64,000 bases of DNA from Gnetum montanum (taxonomy: Eukaryota > Plantae > Gnetophyta). The notes beneath the pieces are model-generated. The model did no database searches. It had not been told where the DNA came from and was given only the letters and a program-made list of their open reading frames with translations. Below are positions 38,594 to 51,960 of the stretch, in pieces. Each line of letters begins with the position of its first letter. The first letter of the stretch is position 1. A program made the position numbers and the translations under genes. The stretch covers positions 452,413 to 516,412 of the forward strand of contig MNCI01000808.1 in NCBI GenBank assembly GCA_015680685.1, read 5' to 3'.

Positions 38594-41500
38594 GACAGTT
38601 GGCAAATGTACGCAACTTTATCAACACCCCTAGCTTTAACAGGCCCATATGAGGGAATCGTTAGAAAATTTGATCTTGAACTAGTAGAAACTAACCTTTT
38701 CCTCAATGACGCAACCATATCCACGTCAGAAGCATCTCCAGACCGGCCAGAACAATCGACGCGCACGCTAGACCTGGAGGCTGAAGACCCCCTCAGCGAG
38801 GTCTCTGTGGTTACGCATAAAGGTGAGAACAAAACTCTTAAGGTTTGTTCTCTACTAGACCAAAAGGCACATGATAATATAAAACAAGTCCTCTAGAATA
38901 ACGTCACAGTATTTGCATGGTCATATGAAGATATTCTAGGACTAGATCCAAGACTAATTCAACATAACATAATCCTAGACCCGCATATCAAAGCGATTAG
39001 GAAAAAGGAATGAAAAATCAAGCTAGAAATCGTGCTAGCAGTACGTGATGAGATCACTAAGCTGTACCAGGCTGGTTTTATTCGCGCGATCGATTGCTCA
39101 GATTGGGTATCTAACATTGTAGTTGTTCCTAAGAAGATCGAAGGGATACGTATTTGCATAGACTTCCGAGACTTGAACAAAGCTACAATCACAGATAACT
39201 TTCCGCTACCGAGTATCGACCAACTAGTAGATACAACCGCCGGGCATGCGGTTTTATCCTTCATGGATGGTTTTTCAGGTTATAATCAGATTTGCATTAA
39301 CCCAGAACATCAGCTGACCACAACATTCATGACACCTTGGGGGACCTTTTGTTACACCATGATGCCTTTTGGCTTAAAAAATGCCAGAGCAACGTATCAA
39401 TGAGCTATGACATACATCTTTAGTGATTACCTCCTAGGAAGACTGAATGATTATGTTGACGATATAGCTGTTAAGTTTGTAAAGTCAGAGGATCATCCAA
39501 AGGACCTAGAGTTAGTCCTTAAAAGATGCTCTAAATACGACCTCCAGCTCAACCCAAAGAAATACATATTCAGAGTCAAAATCGGATGCATGCTGGGGTT
39601 TGTGGTGTCGAAAACTAGCATACGAGTAGACCCTGATAAAGTCAAAGCCATTGCTGAGTTGACACCTCCTACAAATCTCAAGCAATTACACGGGTTACAA
39701 GGGTGATTACAGTTTATCAGGGGATTCATCTCAAAATTAATAGATAAATTACACCATATGCAACATCTACTTAAGAAGGGTGTTAATTTCGAATGGACAG
39801 ACAATTGTCAGCGTGCGTTTGACAGCCTAAAATAAGAACTTCAACGCTTGCCAACAGTATTCCCACCACAAAGGAATCAGCTGTTTTACATTTACCTCGC
39901 AACCTCAGACGTATCCCTAGCCGCATTACTCTATCAAAGGAGAGGCGATGGGTCAGAAGTACCCATCTACTACTTGAGTCATGCCCTATGTGCATATGAA
40001 ACAAGGTACAATGAAGTAGAGCATAATTATCTAGTGTTAGTGTTTACGCTCAAGAAATGTAGACACTATCTCTTCCATAGCAAAGTCAACAATATCTGCA
40101 AGAATAACATCCTGAGAGCTATTACGCACAACCTATATGAAAGTAGCAGGATAGCTCGTTGGAAAGCTATCACGGAAGAATTTGATTTGCATTATATTGG
40201 CCAATCTTCTACGAAAGGCCAAGCGATAGCCGATCAAATAATGACATCACCTATTGACAGTTAGGGAACGATAGAGCCAGAATTTCCCGACGAACATGTA
40301 CATAGTATAAGTCCTATTCTAACAAGCCTCGAAGCAACATTACATTTTGATGGAGCTTCAACTGCTAGAGGCGGTAGTTCTGCCACGGTCATTACGCTGT
40401 CACCTGAGGATGCACGTCTGCACGCCTACCGCTTGACCTTCCCCTGTACGAACAACGTGGCAGAATACGAGGGGCTCCTCAGAGGGTTATTAACAGCCAG
40501 AGAGCTTAACATTCAACACCTGGCGATTAGGGGTGATTCAATGCTCATGATAAATCAAATCATAGGAGTCTATGCCTGCAAGGCCATACATTTACAGCCC
40601 TACTGCGATATGGCTAAAGATCTCTTGAAGCAATTCATAGCAACCAATGCCCAACACGTGCTTCGAAATGACAACACGCTAGCCGATGCACTGGCCACAT
40701 TAGCATTGAATGTGCCACCACACTTGTTTGACACCTATCCCACCTTAATGATAGAATGTGCTGATCCTGTCATTCAGACGATGCAAATATCTTCATTGCT
40801 CGCGGATGAAATGCCGGAATGGTACGATAACATTAAAACTTACCTTCTGTATGGCGAACCACCACACAAGCTAACACACGCACAAAAATATGCAATCCGC
40901 AAGCAAGCTAGGCAATACGTCATCATAGGAGATAGTACCCTCTGTAGACGCTCTTTCGATGGTGTATTACTTACTTGCATTAACAAAGACCAAGAACAAC
41001 GAATAGTTGGCGAGGTTCACAAGGGACTATGTGGAGGACACGTAGCCCCACGGGCTATGGCCGGTAAAATCTGTCGCTAAGGGTATTATTGGCCGTATAT
41101 GGAAAAATATTGTCTCACAAAGGTTAAAACGTGTGACATGTGTCAACGTCACGCAAATCTTATACACGTGTCACCTACAGAATTACTTACGACCTAGATT
41201 ACATGGTTCTTCCAACAATGGGGATTAGACATCATAGAGCCTATCGCACCAAAATCTTCCGCAAGGCATAGCTTGATAATCACCACTACTGAATATTTCA
41301 TGAAGTGGGTTGAAGCCATCCCTTTATAGAAGATCACATCTCAACAGGTCTGCCATTTCATTTTGGACAACATCATAACCAGATTTGGCCTCCCAATGAC
41401 TATCGTGACCGACAATGGGCCACAATTTAGCAGTGTGGAAACCAAATCTTTTTGTGATAGCTTAGGTATCAAACAATCTTTTTTCTCGTCTTATTACCCA

Positions 41501-42061
41501 CAAGAGAATGTTCAAGCTGAAGCAACAAATAAGGTCATTATCAATTTTCTTAAGAAAATGCTCAGCAGTAACAAAAGACGATGGAATGAAAGGATCCTCT
41601 ATGTGCTATGGGCATATCGTACCACATGTAGAACAACTACAGAAAATACACCCTATAGCCTAGTCTATGGATCTGAGGCGGTGCTGCTCCTCGAATTACA
41701 AGTTCCTTCTTTGTGGATGGTTCTCTCCATGGTTATAAATGACTCTCAACACACTGAGTCTCGGATCATGGATTTGGATTCAGTAGAGGAGAAGCGAATA
41801 CAGATGCTTGATACGATTGAAAAGTATCAAGATAAATAGAGGTAGAATCATCATCATAATCTTCAACAACATCTGATTAAGAAAAAAGATTTGGTTCTCA
41901 AGGCCGTTTGTGAACCAGTAGGCAAGTTCTCTGCAAACTGGGAAGGCCCTTTCTTAGTAACCAACATGTATGGCAACGATGCATTCAAGCTAGCAGACAT
42001 CAATAGCAACAAGTTATCAAATTGCGTGAACCACATATACCTGAAGTGGTATTACATCTAG
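38594..42061 (+). pseudogene. pol: pol of element C: RT-RH-aRH-INT (premature stops)
   Basis: RT (WVSNIVVVPKK, CIDFRDLNKA, SFMDGFSGYNQI, YVDD ~39452); RH (IYLATSD, PIYYLS); aRH (LHFDGAS, CTNNVAEYEGL, RGDS, N..ADALA); INT (HKGLCGGH, CDMCQRH, WGLDII, TDNGPQF, AEATNK, WEGPF). Confidence 0.96.
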
Positions 42062-42099
42062 CTGCATATCCAGTGTTAACATCAGGCGCAACGCCACCA

Positions 42100-42590
42100 T
42101 CTGCTATGATGTAAAATTGGCATTCTTGGCACATGTCCACCATGACACTAAACTGGCAATGATCGTCCGCCATGATGCTAAACTGGAAATGATCGTCTGC
42201 CATGATGTAAAACTGGTAGATTTCAATCATCCACTACGACGTAAAACTGGCAGTGTTGTACAAGTCCACCAAGACGCTAAACTGGCATTTCCTGCATGTG
42301 TCCACCACGACGCTAAACTGGCACCGGCTGTCCACCATGACGTAAAATTGGAAAAGGTAAGCATCCATTTGCTGATATGTAAAACCAGCATAGACTTGTC
42401 CCTGGGTCATGACATAAAACTAACATCCACAGCATAGTCTACTGAGACCATAAATTAGCCCTACCACCATCCACTACAACGTAAAACTAGCATTTCTTGG
42501 TCTGCCCAGACTTTAAATCGGGACCATGGTCTGCTGAGACTTAAAACCAGCAACAACAGTCTACCAAGACTTAAAACTGGGACTCATACA
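42100..42590 (+). repeat. Degenerate ~30-36-bp tandem repeat after integrase (core catgacgctaaactggca)
   Basis: Roughly 14 recurring ..gac/gat-gtaaaact(g/a)g units; HHDAKL repeats in ORF 42117-42437. Confidence 0.85.
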
Positions 42591-43721
42591 CCGCCAACAT
42601 ATGAATCAAGCGAGCGTAAGCATCTCTGCACAGCTGCAAGATGCACAGGGTGGGATGTTGGGATAGCCCCAACATTGCCACCTCAAAGGCATCCTGCTGA
42701 CTCCTCAGATATGCCGAGAGGCATACTACTGATCCCTCAGAGATACCATTACTGCGAAAAGTTCAGTGAGGGTACCTCTGAGAGGTCAGTTATGCCTTCC
42801 AGAACCCCAAGGGAATACTCATCAGCCACGACCTTGGGAATCTCTAGAAACCATCACTATCAGACTCCAGCTTCATAGATTCATCTGGCAGGTTCTTTGC
42901 ATAACCAGCTAGATGTGATGACTCTGATGGTCGACAGCGACTCGCCAGGCAGAGCCGAACGTCAACATTGAGACCCTGGCCTCTTTCTACGGCCCCTTAC
43001 TTACGGCTCGCCCACTCCTTCTCGCCTTGGATGATGCTTGTTTCAACAAATTCTTCGGTGATTCGGCTGAGCAGTGGCATCCTCTTTTTTCTTTTCTAAT
43101 TGCAGGTTAATTGCTACGAGGACGTCATTCAACAGTATGTTTACCAAGGCAGTGAAGTGTAGATAGCGTCTCGAGATGGCCGCTCAGGTTAGCCTGTCTA
43201 CTTAGGAGTGCAATCCTGTCTTCTTCATAATTCGACCTCTTGTTCCTATTCCCCTCCTTGGCCATTCCATCAGCTTTCCTTGTACAAAATGTAAATACGC
43301 AACACACGCTTTCCTCGTATGCATTACAGTGAAGTCCATGAATTAGCGTAACGCAACTTGCCTAGTGGGCACAAAAAAAAAACTTATCCAGGCCGTGCAG
43401 GCGTAACACAACTCACCCATACAAGACTCTTTATCTATCATACGACGGTCTCACTCCATGCAAATGCAATCGTAGAAGGATGCCTCATGACTTATTTGTG
43501 GAAAGCTGCACTCACTCACTTGAGTCTTCCCTGAACCTCCATCCTTTCACCTCTATAAAAATTCCTTCCCCTATGCGTTCAACCTTCAATTTTCCCACTT
43601 CTGCACTTCCATACCGACAAGGCGACACCTAAGTAACCATCGACAGATGTTGTTGGCACTTTTACCTATCTGGTGTTTCGTATTCTTTGTCGACATCTAT
43701 CGGGCAAGCCCTCTAAACGTC

Positions 43722-43737
43722 AACAAAGAGGGGCCAT
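43722..43737 (+). promoter_or_regulatory. Polypurine tract of element C
   Basis: aacaaagaggggccat immediately before the 3' LTR; near-identical tract at 63436-63451 on the minus strand. Confidence 0.85.
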
Positions 43738-45333
43738 TGAAACATCGTAGAAATTGTGGATCGATTTGAGGTGAAGAATCGTAGTTCAAGAAAAAGTCCA
43801 CAGTAGAAATCCAGAAGGCATAAAAACCCAAAAAGGGAGGGGGCAACTTCAAGTTTCCAAATTCCTTAAAAAATTCTAACTTTGTTGCTTCTTATGCTAC
43901 ATTATGCAATGTAGCGTTACTCCTTATGCTACATTATGCAACGTAACATCATTTCATTCAGCGTGATTTTGCTTGATGTGGCGACGGTAGCTTACCGAAG
44001 CAATGAAGTCAGTAGAAATTTGAACTTCAACTAATATGACAAGTCCAAGGCCTAAGCAGCAGTCTACAACTTGTCGCATATTCCATCAAGTCTTTTGATC
44101 ATAATTGCATTTACGCTCCATTATGTAGAGCAGCGTAATGAGCCGTGAGAAGATCCAAGTCAACTTTAAAGGAAGCACTAGTCGCTTTATGCTTTATTAC
44201 GCTACACAACGTAAGCAAGCGTAACGTGCTAAAAAGTTAACCACTTTTATGCTCTATAACGCTTTGCAGTGTAAATAAGCGTAACGCGTGTGAAATACGT
44301 TACATTATGCTCTGCTATGATACACAGTGTAAATGAGCGTAATGTGGTATAAAGTCAACTAAAGAAATATTAGACGCACATTTGTCATCCATGCGCGGCA
44401 ATACGCTCATCAGCATATCATAGTGTAATCACGAGGCGGTTTCAGCAAGAGTGGTTTACAGCACATCTCACCCTCAAAGTGTAATATTATATCGCCAGTT
44501 TCAACATAAAAATTTGCCAAGTCAATGGTCTTCGAAAGTTCGAGACACGTGTCATTGAGACCGTGCCTTTCCATATGATGCTGAACTTATAAATACCCCA
44601 GTTGACAAAGAAAAAAGAGTACTTTTCCCAAAAAAGACAGAGCATAAGGCATTGTTTGAGCATTAATAGTGAGAGTAAGCAGTCTTCTTGGTGAAAAGAT
44701 GATCCTCTTCATTGGCGGTCATCAGCAGCTTTAAGAAAAAATTACCGAAGGTAAAAGGAGCAGATCAGAGATCGAGAGATCATTTGGTACAATTGGCAAA
44801 GTTTACTAATCAGAAGCAGTTGATCAATAGAAATCCAAGCTTGACCTTCCTTGCATTTCACTTTCGGTTTATGAGGTAGATCAACCTCCATTTCGTTCTC
44901 CTTTTTTTAACAGTCCTCTTATTGCTTTGTATGTGCCTTGCACAAAGATAAGTGAAGTCTGCCATCAGAACATTACATCTAATACATTCAGCTTTTGAAT
45001 CAAGCCATAGATCTTGGAATTACGCATATCCCCTGAATCTAGTTTTCCTTGTTGCATTGATATTATCGTTATTTCAAATTTTTTTTACATTGTGTTCTAC
45101 TCCTTCTACGATTCACCGAATCAAATCATTCCATGAAACATATGCATAAATATACATTACCGCAATATTCGATAAATTTACTGATTAAGTAAGTCCCTGT
45201 ATGATCGACAAGATCATTTAGGGCACCACGGATTCGTTTTCCCCAGCACGGCCCTCACACGGATCCGTGGTTAAAATTGTGTACACGGATCTTCGTTTAG
45301 AATTTTCAGCGATCGACATTTTCCGTCATTATA
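43738..45333 (+). repeat. 3' LTR of element C
   Basis: Same length as and colinear with the 5' LTR; followed by the GTAGT TSD. Confidence 0.97.
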
Positions 45334-45338
45334 GTAGT

Positions 45339-46350
45339 AGGATCAAAGAGAATCAAAATTATAAAGTCTTAAATCATACCTCCAATCTCCATCATAATTT
45401 TGGAATTGAACACTAAGTGACTAGTCAATCAAAGCATAAACATGTCCATGCATCCTCATGTCACTTTGATCACCTACTTATCTACTACCTTACTTAAGAT
45501 CATCATTGTCCAAATGATTTACATAGTTAAAGCTCTTATGAACTACATAGTCATAGCTATTGTAGTTGGGGAAATCCCTGTAAAAGTACCTAACTTTCCT
45601 ACAAGCATGAAAAGTAATGGATCCATGAACGGCCCCATCAACTAAAGACTTTTTCTACTATTGCTTCTATCTACTAGATCCAAAACCCTATGCCTACTTG
45701 AATTCACCAAACTTCCTAGAAGTGGTTTGATACCTTTTCTAAGAGTGTTTGCAATCTATTGTCTTTTCAGTTGACTATAATTAAAGTCCATCACATAGAC
45801 ATATGTATCCTTATACATCTAAACATGGAGGAGAAGCAAGTCATCCTTAATAGAGACATGGAGACCATGAATAAAATGGTTCACCCTAGCCTTCACATAC
45901 TTTGAAGAAATATACTACTTATTAGAAGAAAATAAGAAGTTACTGTAATGAAAATCATAGTCCTTCCTATGATGTACCTTCTCTTGTGATATTTACCAAT
46001 AACTAACAAAACCTTTAAATTCATAGGTTGGTAATCAAGTTTACTACATAGAAGTACAATCCATCAACTTAAATATCTTTGTAATCTTATTAACCACTGA
46101 ATGGTAAAGGAAGGTCCTCCTCACCCTAAAAGAATCAAGACAAGAATCAAATTACCTTATCTTTTTTTTAATTTTTTGGTTCTATGATAATATATAAGGA
46201 GCTCAAAGGGAACATACAAAGTACCACATTTTTTTCAATGTATAACCTTGAGAATCATCTCCCTTCCTTTGTAAATTCTCATTGATCTTCAATCCTTTGA
46301 AGCTGTGCTACTAATGGTTCAAGAGCTTTCACCTTGAAGGTTTTTCCAGA
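45339..46350 (-). pseudogene. Element G (part 2): degraded gag/protease, continuous with 27868 once C is removed
   Basis: Contiguity implied by C's TSD; similar AT-rich, stop-riddled minus-strand coding-like sequence. Confidence 0.5.
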
Positions 46351-47345
46351 GTAACTTGTCTTTTTTATTTTCTGCAATTTCTTTTAAATTTAATATAATA
46401 TTGATGCATGCGACTTAGAATAAAAATGTGCAACACCAATACGTTTGAAGGATTCCAACCCAGAAAGTACTTGTCTCTCCTGGAGATGAATTTGGTGATA
46501 GGGCAAACCAAGGGACTGATTGGAGGCCTCTCGCCAGCAAAATGAAACATCTTAGTATTCTTTGCAGTGGAAAACCATGGCCTCATAAGGTCATTGCTCC
46601 TATAGAAATGGAAGGAAAAAGATGCAGACATTCAAGTACACGAGCACCTACCGAAGAAATCCAACATGATGTACCAAGACTACATGAAACACAGTAAATT
46701 TTCTTTGTGTCCTAGTGGCTACGAGGTGGCCAGTCCGAGTATCGTGTAGGCAATATATAGCAAATGCGTTCCTATGATAGTAAGCGATCCCTATGTCTTG
46801 TCTTTCATTGATGTTTTGAATTGGCATTTTTTCTCAGTTTAGGTGCCGTTTTAGAGAATTCTTGAGTTGAAGAAGATTTTTGGAGTGCTCATGAGGGACT
46901 TGTTCAGGTTTTCATCTTTACTCTGACCCTCGACCCCGTGTAGGACAGGTGTTTCCTTCACAGGATGAGTTGCATTACATCTGTGAAGGGTTTTAACCTC
47001 CCTATAGATGCTTCCAATGTGGCAGGGTATGTTACGCATGTCATGGAATTTTCACTCTGAAGTAGTCAGGCTAGTCGAGCCACTCACTTCGCAACACCGT
47101 AGCATTTGCTGCCGTGGCAAGTCGTACTCTTGGTTGCACCTTGTAAGCACGACATAGAGCAAGATGCAAAGTGAGGGTAGGGGTCTTGCTTTATGTAGAC
47201 ATTGTTGAAGCTATTGGACACCCACGCTGATGCATGGTGTCCAAAGCAGGAAGGCTAGTAGTGGCCTTGGCACCATCGGCGTGGAGGAGCTAGCTTCAAA
47301 GGGGCCAGAAGTTGTTGTAAGTGCAGATGCTCTGGAATCCCTGTC

Positions 47346-48472
47346 TGATGAGACGTGGTTCACATAAGCAATGATATCGCATCGTCACCTGCAATATCAT
47401 GTACATGATATCGTGGTCTGTCGCCATATCTATAAATAAGAGGCGGCTCTCCCTTGTTTCATCATCCTAGGCTAGAAGTAGGGAAACTCTGGTAGTTTGA
47501 TCATTCCAAAGATAGAATATTTTCCATGTGCCCACAGTAGGATTCCTAAAGTGAACGGATCTTTATTCGAGCAACATTATACCTAAACACAAGCTGTGTA
47601 CAGAAATAAATACGAGCTTCTTGGATAAACCTTGCAGTGCATGGAATAGGATTTTATTTAATGTTACTGCTTTCCTAGTAATGCAAATGAGTCCGACTTG
47701 ATTATGAGCATCAAAGGATGTGTACGGATAGTCAAGGAACAGATGCTCATGAGTACGACTTGATTATGAGCATCTAAGGATGTGTACAAATAGTCAAGGA
47801 ATGGATGCTCATGAGTACAGCTTGATTACAAGAATCTAAGGATGTGTACGGATAATCAAGGAATCGGCTGCTCATCGCATGCGGTATGAGTACGACTTCA
47901 TTATGAGCATCTAGTATGACTACTTGGTATCCCAGTGGTGTATCCAGGATCTGCACTTGGTAATCCTAGTGGTAGTCATGCACGAAGATGTGTACGGTTA
48001 GTCAAGGAATTAGCTGCTGATCACACTTAGGCTAGATAGCTTCCTCAACCCTTTCCTCCTAGTTAAGTGCCTCAGTACGACCACTTCGAGCATGTGCGTT
48101 ACATGTGGTGATCCCAATGACGATTAGCATTTGGTAGCCATGGTTGCATCTGTTTATGGTGTGTACAGTAAGTGGGAATGGATGCTAATGCTAGGTAATT
48201 TAGACTTAGGTCATTAGTTAGAGTTAGTTAGTTTCTCAACCCTTTACCTCGATAGCATAGGAGATAAAACCAGAAAAGATATAAAAATCATATACCTTGA
48301 ACTTACTTAACCATACACCGTGACAACTACAAGTAAATCTAGGAAGACAACGAATAATTAACCCTAATTGTTCCATGGGGTGTGTAGGCACTTAGTCTGT
48401 GGAGTTCGACCAGATCGCGCATGCTATGCTCGTTTCATATGGTTGAGTGTAGGGGTACCTCACCACTCATCA
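47346..48472 (+). repeat. 5' LTR of element E (1127 bp), with ~61-bp internal tandem repeat x3 at ~47687-47870
   Basis: Colinear with 53884-55015; repeat unit atgagtacgacttgattatgagcatctaaggatgtgtacggatagtcaaggaatggatgctc. Confidence 0.95.
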
Positions 48473-48473
48473 T

Positions 48474-48491
48474 TAGCGCCGTTGCCGAGGA
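48474..48491 (+). promoter_or_regulatory. PBS (tRNA-Asp type, typical of Athila)
   Basis: tagcgccgttgccgagga vs TGGCGCCGTTGCCGGGGA. Confidence 0.85.
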
Positions 48492-48789
48492 CTAAGTGTT
48501 TGTGCACTGAATAGAACATAAAATATATTACTCACATCATTGGGAGCCTAAACAAACCTTCAGGTTAATCAAATAAAAATTTTATAACGGTAATTAGCAC
48601 ATCGATAAATAATAATGTCTTCTTCTCACAAGAGCACATCACCTAAGGATTATACAAAGAACAGTTGGCAAATAAAAACACATAACCAAAATCAGCTAGT
48701 CCCTCAGCAATACAAAGTGACATATACTCATCTTGATGAGTATATACCATTTTTTACTTTTATCCTCTATCAAGACAAACAACTGTGAT

Positions 48790-51700
48790 GGAGAGATTTG
48801 CAAGGTAACATTGTGTTACCCCCAGATCGATCGATCTCTAACATGCTTCTCCGTGCCTTGGCACAGATTGGCATGACGGAATTATACACCGAATATGTTA
48901 TTGAATATTTTAACACAAGGGATTATCATCCCACAGAAGCACAACATATTCGAGACACAAGATAGGAGAGCCAACATGCACTATCGAAGGGAAAAAGGGT
49001 CGCACATGTCCTTAGTGAAACTAGAGATGGTGAACCACTTACAACTGGTTCACTATCAAGAGATGTTTCCCCTCTTAAAGAAAGTGAGGAAGTAGGGTAT
49101 CAGAACCTATGCTCAACAATACATATCTCTGGTTCTGACGCCTGTGAACACCAACTATTCACAGAGGGAACAACAACCAATGACAAGGACAAGCACTTTG
49201 ATCATCATCACGATTGGGAGTGGAGCCATAGAAGAGAAGACAAGAAACATCGTCATGGAGATGCTTCTCCTTCTTCTTCCCCTTCTTCACATCACTCATC
49301 CTCTCCTTCCACCTCTAGGTGCAATCATGAAGAGAATAACAGAGAGGATAAAAGTAAGAAAAATGAAAAACCTCAACGAGAGAGTGAAGAGAGAGGACAA
49401 GGGCATGAACGAAGGGAGAGTAGGGAACAACGAAGACATCATAGGTGTCATGAAAGAGATGATCATGACGAGCCCCTACTCATAACCTGAAGTATGCTTG
49501 ACATAACGGAGGCTGTTAGAATTCCCGCAAGGCATCTAAAAGATAGTCAGATGAAGCGTTTAAACATGAACAACATCCCATGGTTTGAAGGAGGGTACAA
49601 CACTGATCCACAACATCATTTATAGGCATTCCACGATGCTTGCGCCTTACAGAATATAGAAAAAAAGTGGCAAAAACTTAAGTTGTTTCCCAGGACACTC
49701 ACCAAGGAAGCAGAGAGCTGGTACCGGTCCTTAGAATCAGAAACCATCAGGAGGTGGAGTAAGATGTTAGAGTTCTTCAATGATAAGTATCAGACGTACT
49801 CTAGAGTGTCTAATTTGCATAAGTAGATCCAAGAATGGAAGCAAGGAAATCATGAACCCTTGGATGCTGCCATGGCCCACTACTACACATTGTTACATCG
49901 TTGCCTGGGCCATGGATATGCTCAGCGGGATCAACTTCGCCACATCGTGGATGGGCTAAGGCATGAAACTAGAAGAACCCTTGGGACTTATGCCCAAGGG
50001 AGACTCTCACAACTTAGAGCCCATGAAGTACATAGCTTGTTGGAGCAAGTAGAAAAAGAAGAAGGTGAGCTACACAAAAGGGAAAGTGCGGAAGAATATA
50101 ACCATGATCCCTCTCTTCGAAAGAAGGGAGTGAAATTTTATGATGAAAAGGCTGAGTCACCAATCGAAGAGCTGGTGAATAGAAGGATCTTTCCACTTCA
50201 AAAACTCACAACAAAAATAGCGGTTAAGGTAGATGACATATGGAGTTCCTTAGACTCTAAAATTGAAACTATCTTAAAAATTGTAGAAGAGTCTAAGGTA
50301 GAACAAAGTAGTGACAAAGGTAAGACAAAGTGAAGAGATTTAGGCCCTGCACATAACAAGGGTAAGGGAAAAATCACTAACTTCGATGTGGTTGTGGATT
50401 CAGACACAAACGATGATGGTGGATGTGAGATCTGCCACTATGACCATCCTAAGGGATGTTGCCCAATCATCTCACATATATAGGAGTCTGGGGTGTATGC
50501 ACTTAATCCAAGACTTAATCAATGTCAAACACCTTGTAGGTTTCCTTATCCCCAAGGTAACCCAAGGCAGTTCCACCAACCATTAACGTATTATCCAAGT
50601 GGAACTCCCCCACAATCCATTGAACAACATCAGCAGTGGCAATACCCATAGTCATGGGGGATGCCATCGCCGAAACATCAATACCCTTACCGGTAGCCTG
50701 ACCCTTATGGATATTATGTGTAACAGCCGATTTCTTCAAGTGACTCTATGAGTTACACAACTCCCCACTTTTACTACCAAGTTCAGGAGTACTTTAGAAG
50801 GACTCCTTCTCCTCCGAGAGACACTCCATACCCACACCATCCTCCAAATCCATCCGCACCTCTTCCACAAGTAGTTCCCATAACACCTCCTGCTCCAACA
50901 ATGCAAGGGGAACTTCCTCCTCAACCACAGCAACGTCATGCTGCGAGAGTTGTAAATATTCGTCCTGTTGCTGGTTCTGACAATTGTAAAAAGAGAAGAC
51001 CCTTCTTCAGAACCAAAAGCCTAGACAAACTCTCGCAACAACAAGTGGTTGAGCCCATGTACACTCCTTCACCATCTAACACTTCGGAGCATCCTTCAGT
51101 TCAACATCAGAGCCTAACGCATATGGTTATGTTGACACATATCGTAACCAACTGGATCATGCTAGGCCACTTTCCCAGGAAACTAACTGATCCTGGAAGT
51201 CCCTTCATCTACCTTGAAGTCACTAGAAATGAACCACATAGGGCTCTTCTTGACTCAAGTTCCAGAGTCAACTTAATTTCACGAGAGATGTATCACACCT
51301 GAAACTTGCCCCAACTTAAGAAGACCAACATTCAAATAGAGCTGGCAGACCAGTCCATCACCATTCCCTTGGGATTGGTGGAGGAAATCATTACCACTCT
51401 ATGTGGTTGGTCTTATCCAACTAAATTCCTGGTGATTGAAGTCAACAACAATGAAGGGGACTTCCCAATTATAATGGGAAGGGCATGGCTTAGTACAGTA
51501 GATGCATGCCTTAGGATCCGTGATCTTTCCTTGGAAATTTCTAAGATAAACATTTATGGAAAGATCGAGAAGAGGAAAATTCCATGCATCACATACAATG
51601 ATTCATCCGGTGATGACATGGAGGAAATGCCTCCATGTAATAGGTGTTCCCTTGAAACTTTGAAACAAAGATGCTTGTATGTAGCAACCACACAACCAGT

Positions 51701-51960
51701 AGTAGACACCCCCATGATTGATAGCTACTTGGAAGAGCAAACAAATATGCATGGAACGAACTGAGGAAACCCATTCCCATAATAAAAGCATATATACATT
51801 GGAATATGAGCGTCGCCAACTTCCATCCCTTAACCTAAGAACATCAATCTGGAGAAGTTGGACACTATTACGAAATTCAAACAGGTGCTCATTATTTCGG
51901 ATCTCTCCCTTTCCGCTTAGTCATGGGGGAGATGGCCACCTATGCTAATCATATGGGGCC
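48790..51960 (+). pseudogene. gag: gag-protease pseudogene of element E
   Basis: gag core (FEGGYNTDPQHHL, KLKLFPRTLTKEAESWYRSL ~49590-49740); protease (TDPGSP..., RALLDSSSRVNLI ~51240, IELADQSITIPLG, PIIMGRAWLSTVDA); 5' boundary approximate. Confidence 0.88.

Larger units (their letters stand above)
27874..45333 (+). mobile_element. Element C: full-length Tat-type Ty3/gypsy LTR retrotransposon (17,460 bp) with split gag-pro / pol and a nested antisense gene
   Basis: Two 1596-bp LTRs; GTAGT TSD at 27869-27873 and 45334-45338; PBS; PPT; gag, PROT, RT, RH, aRH and INT motifs. Confidence 0.97.

Noticed and set aside
42117-42437. HHDAKL-repeat ORF
   Set aside because: Translation of the post-integrase tandem repeat; no evidence of coding constraint.
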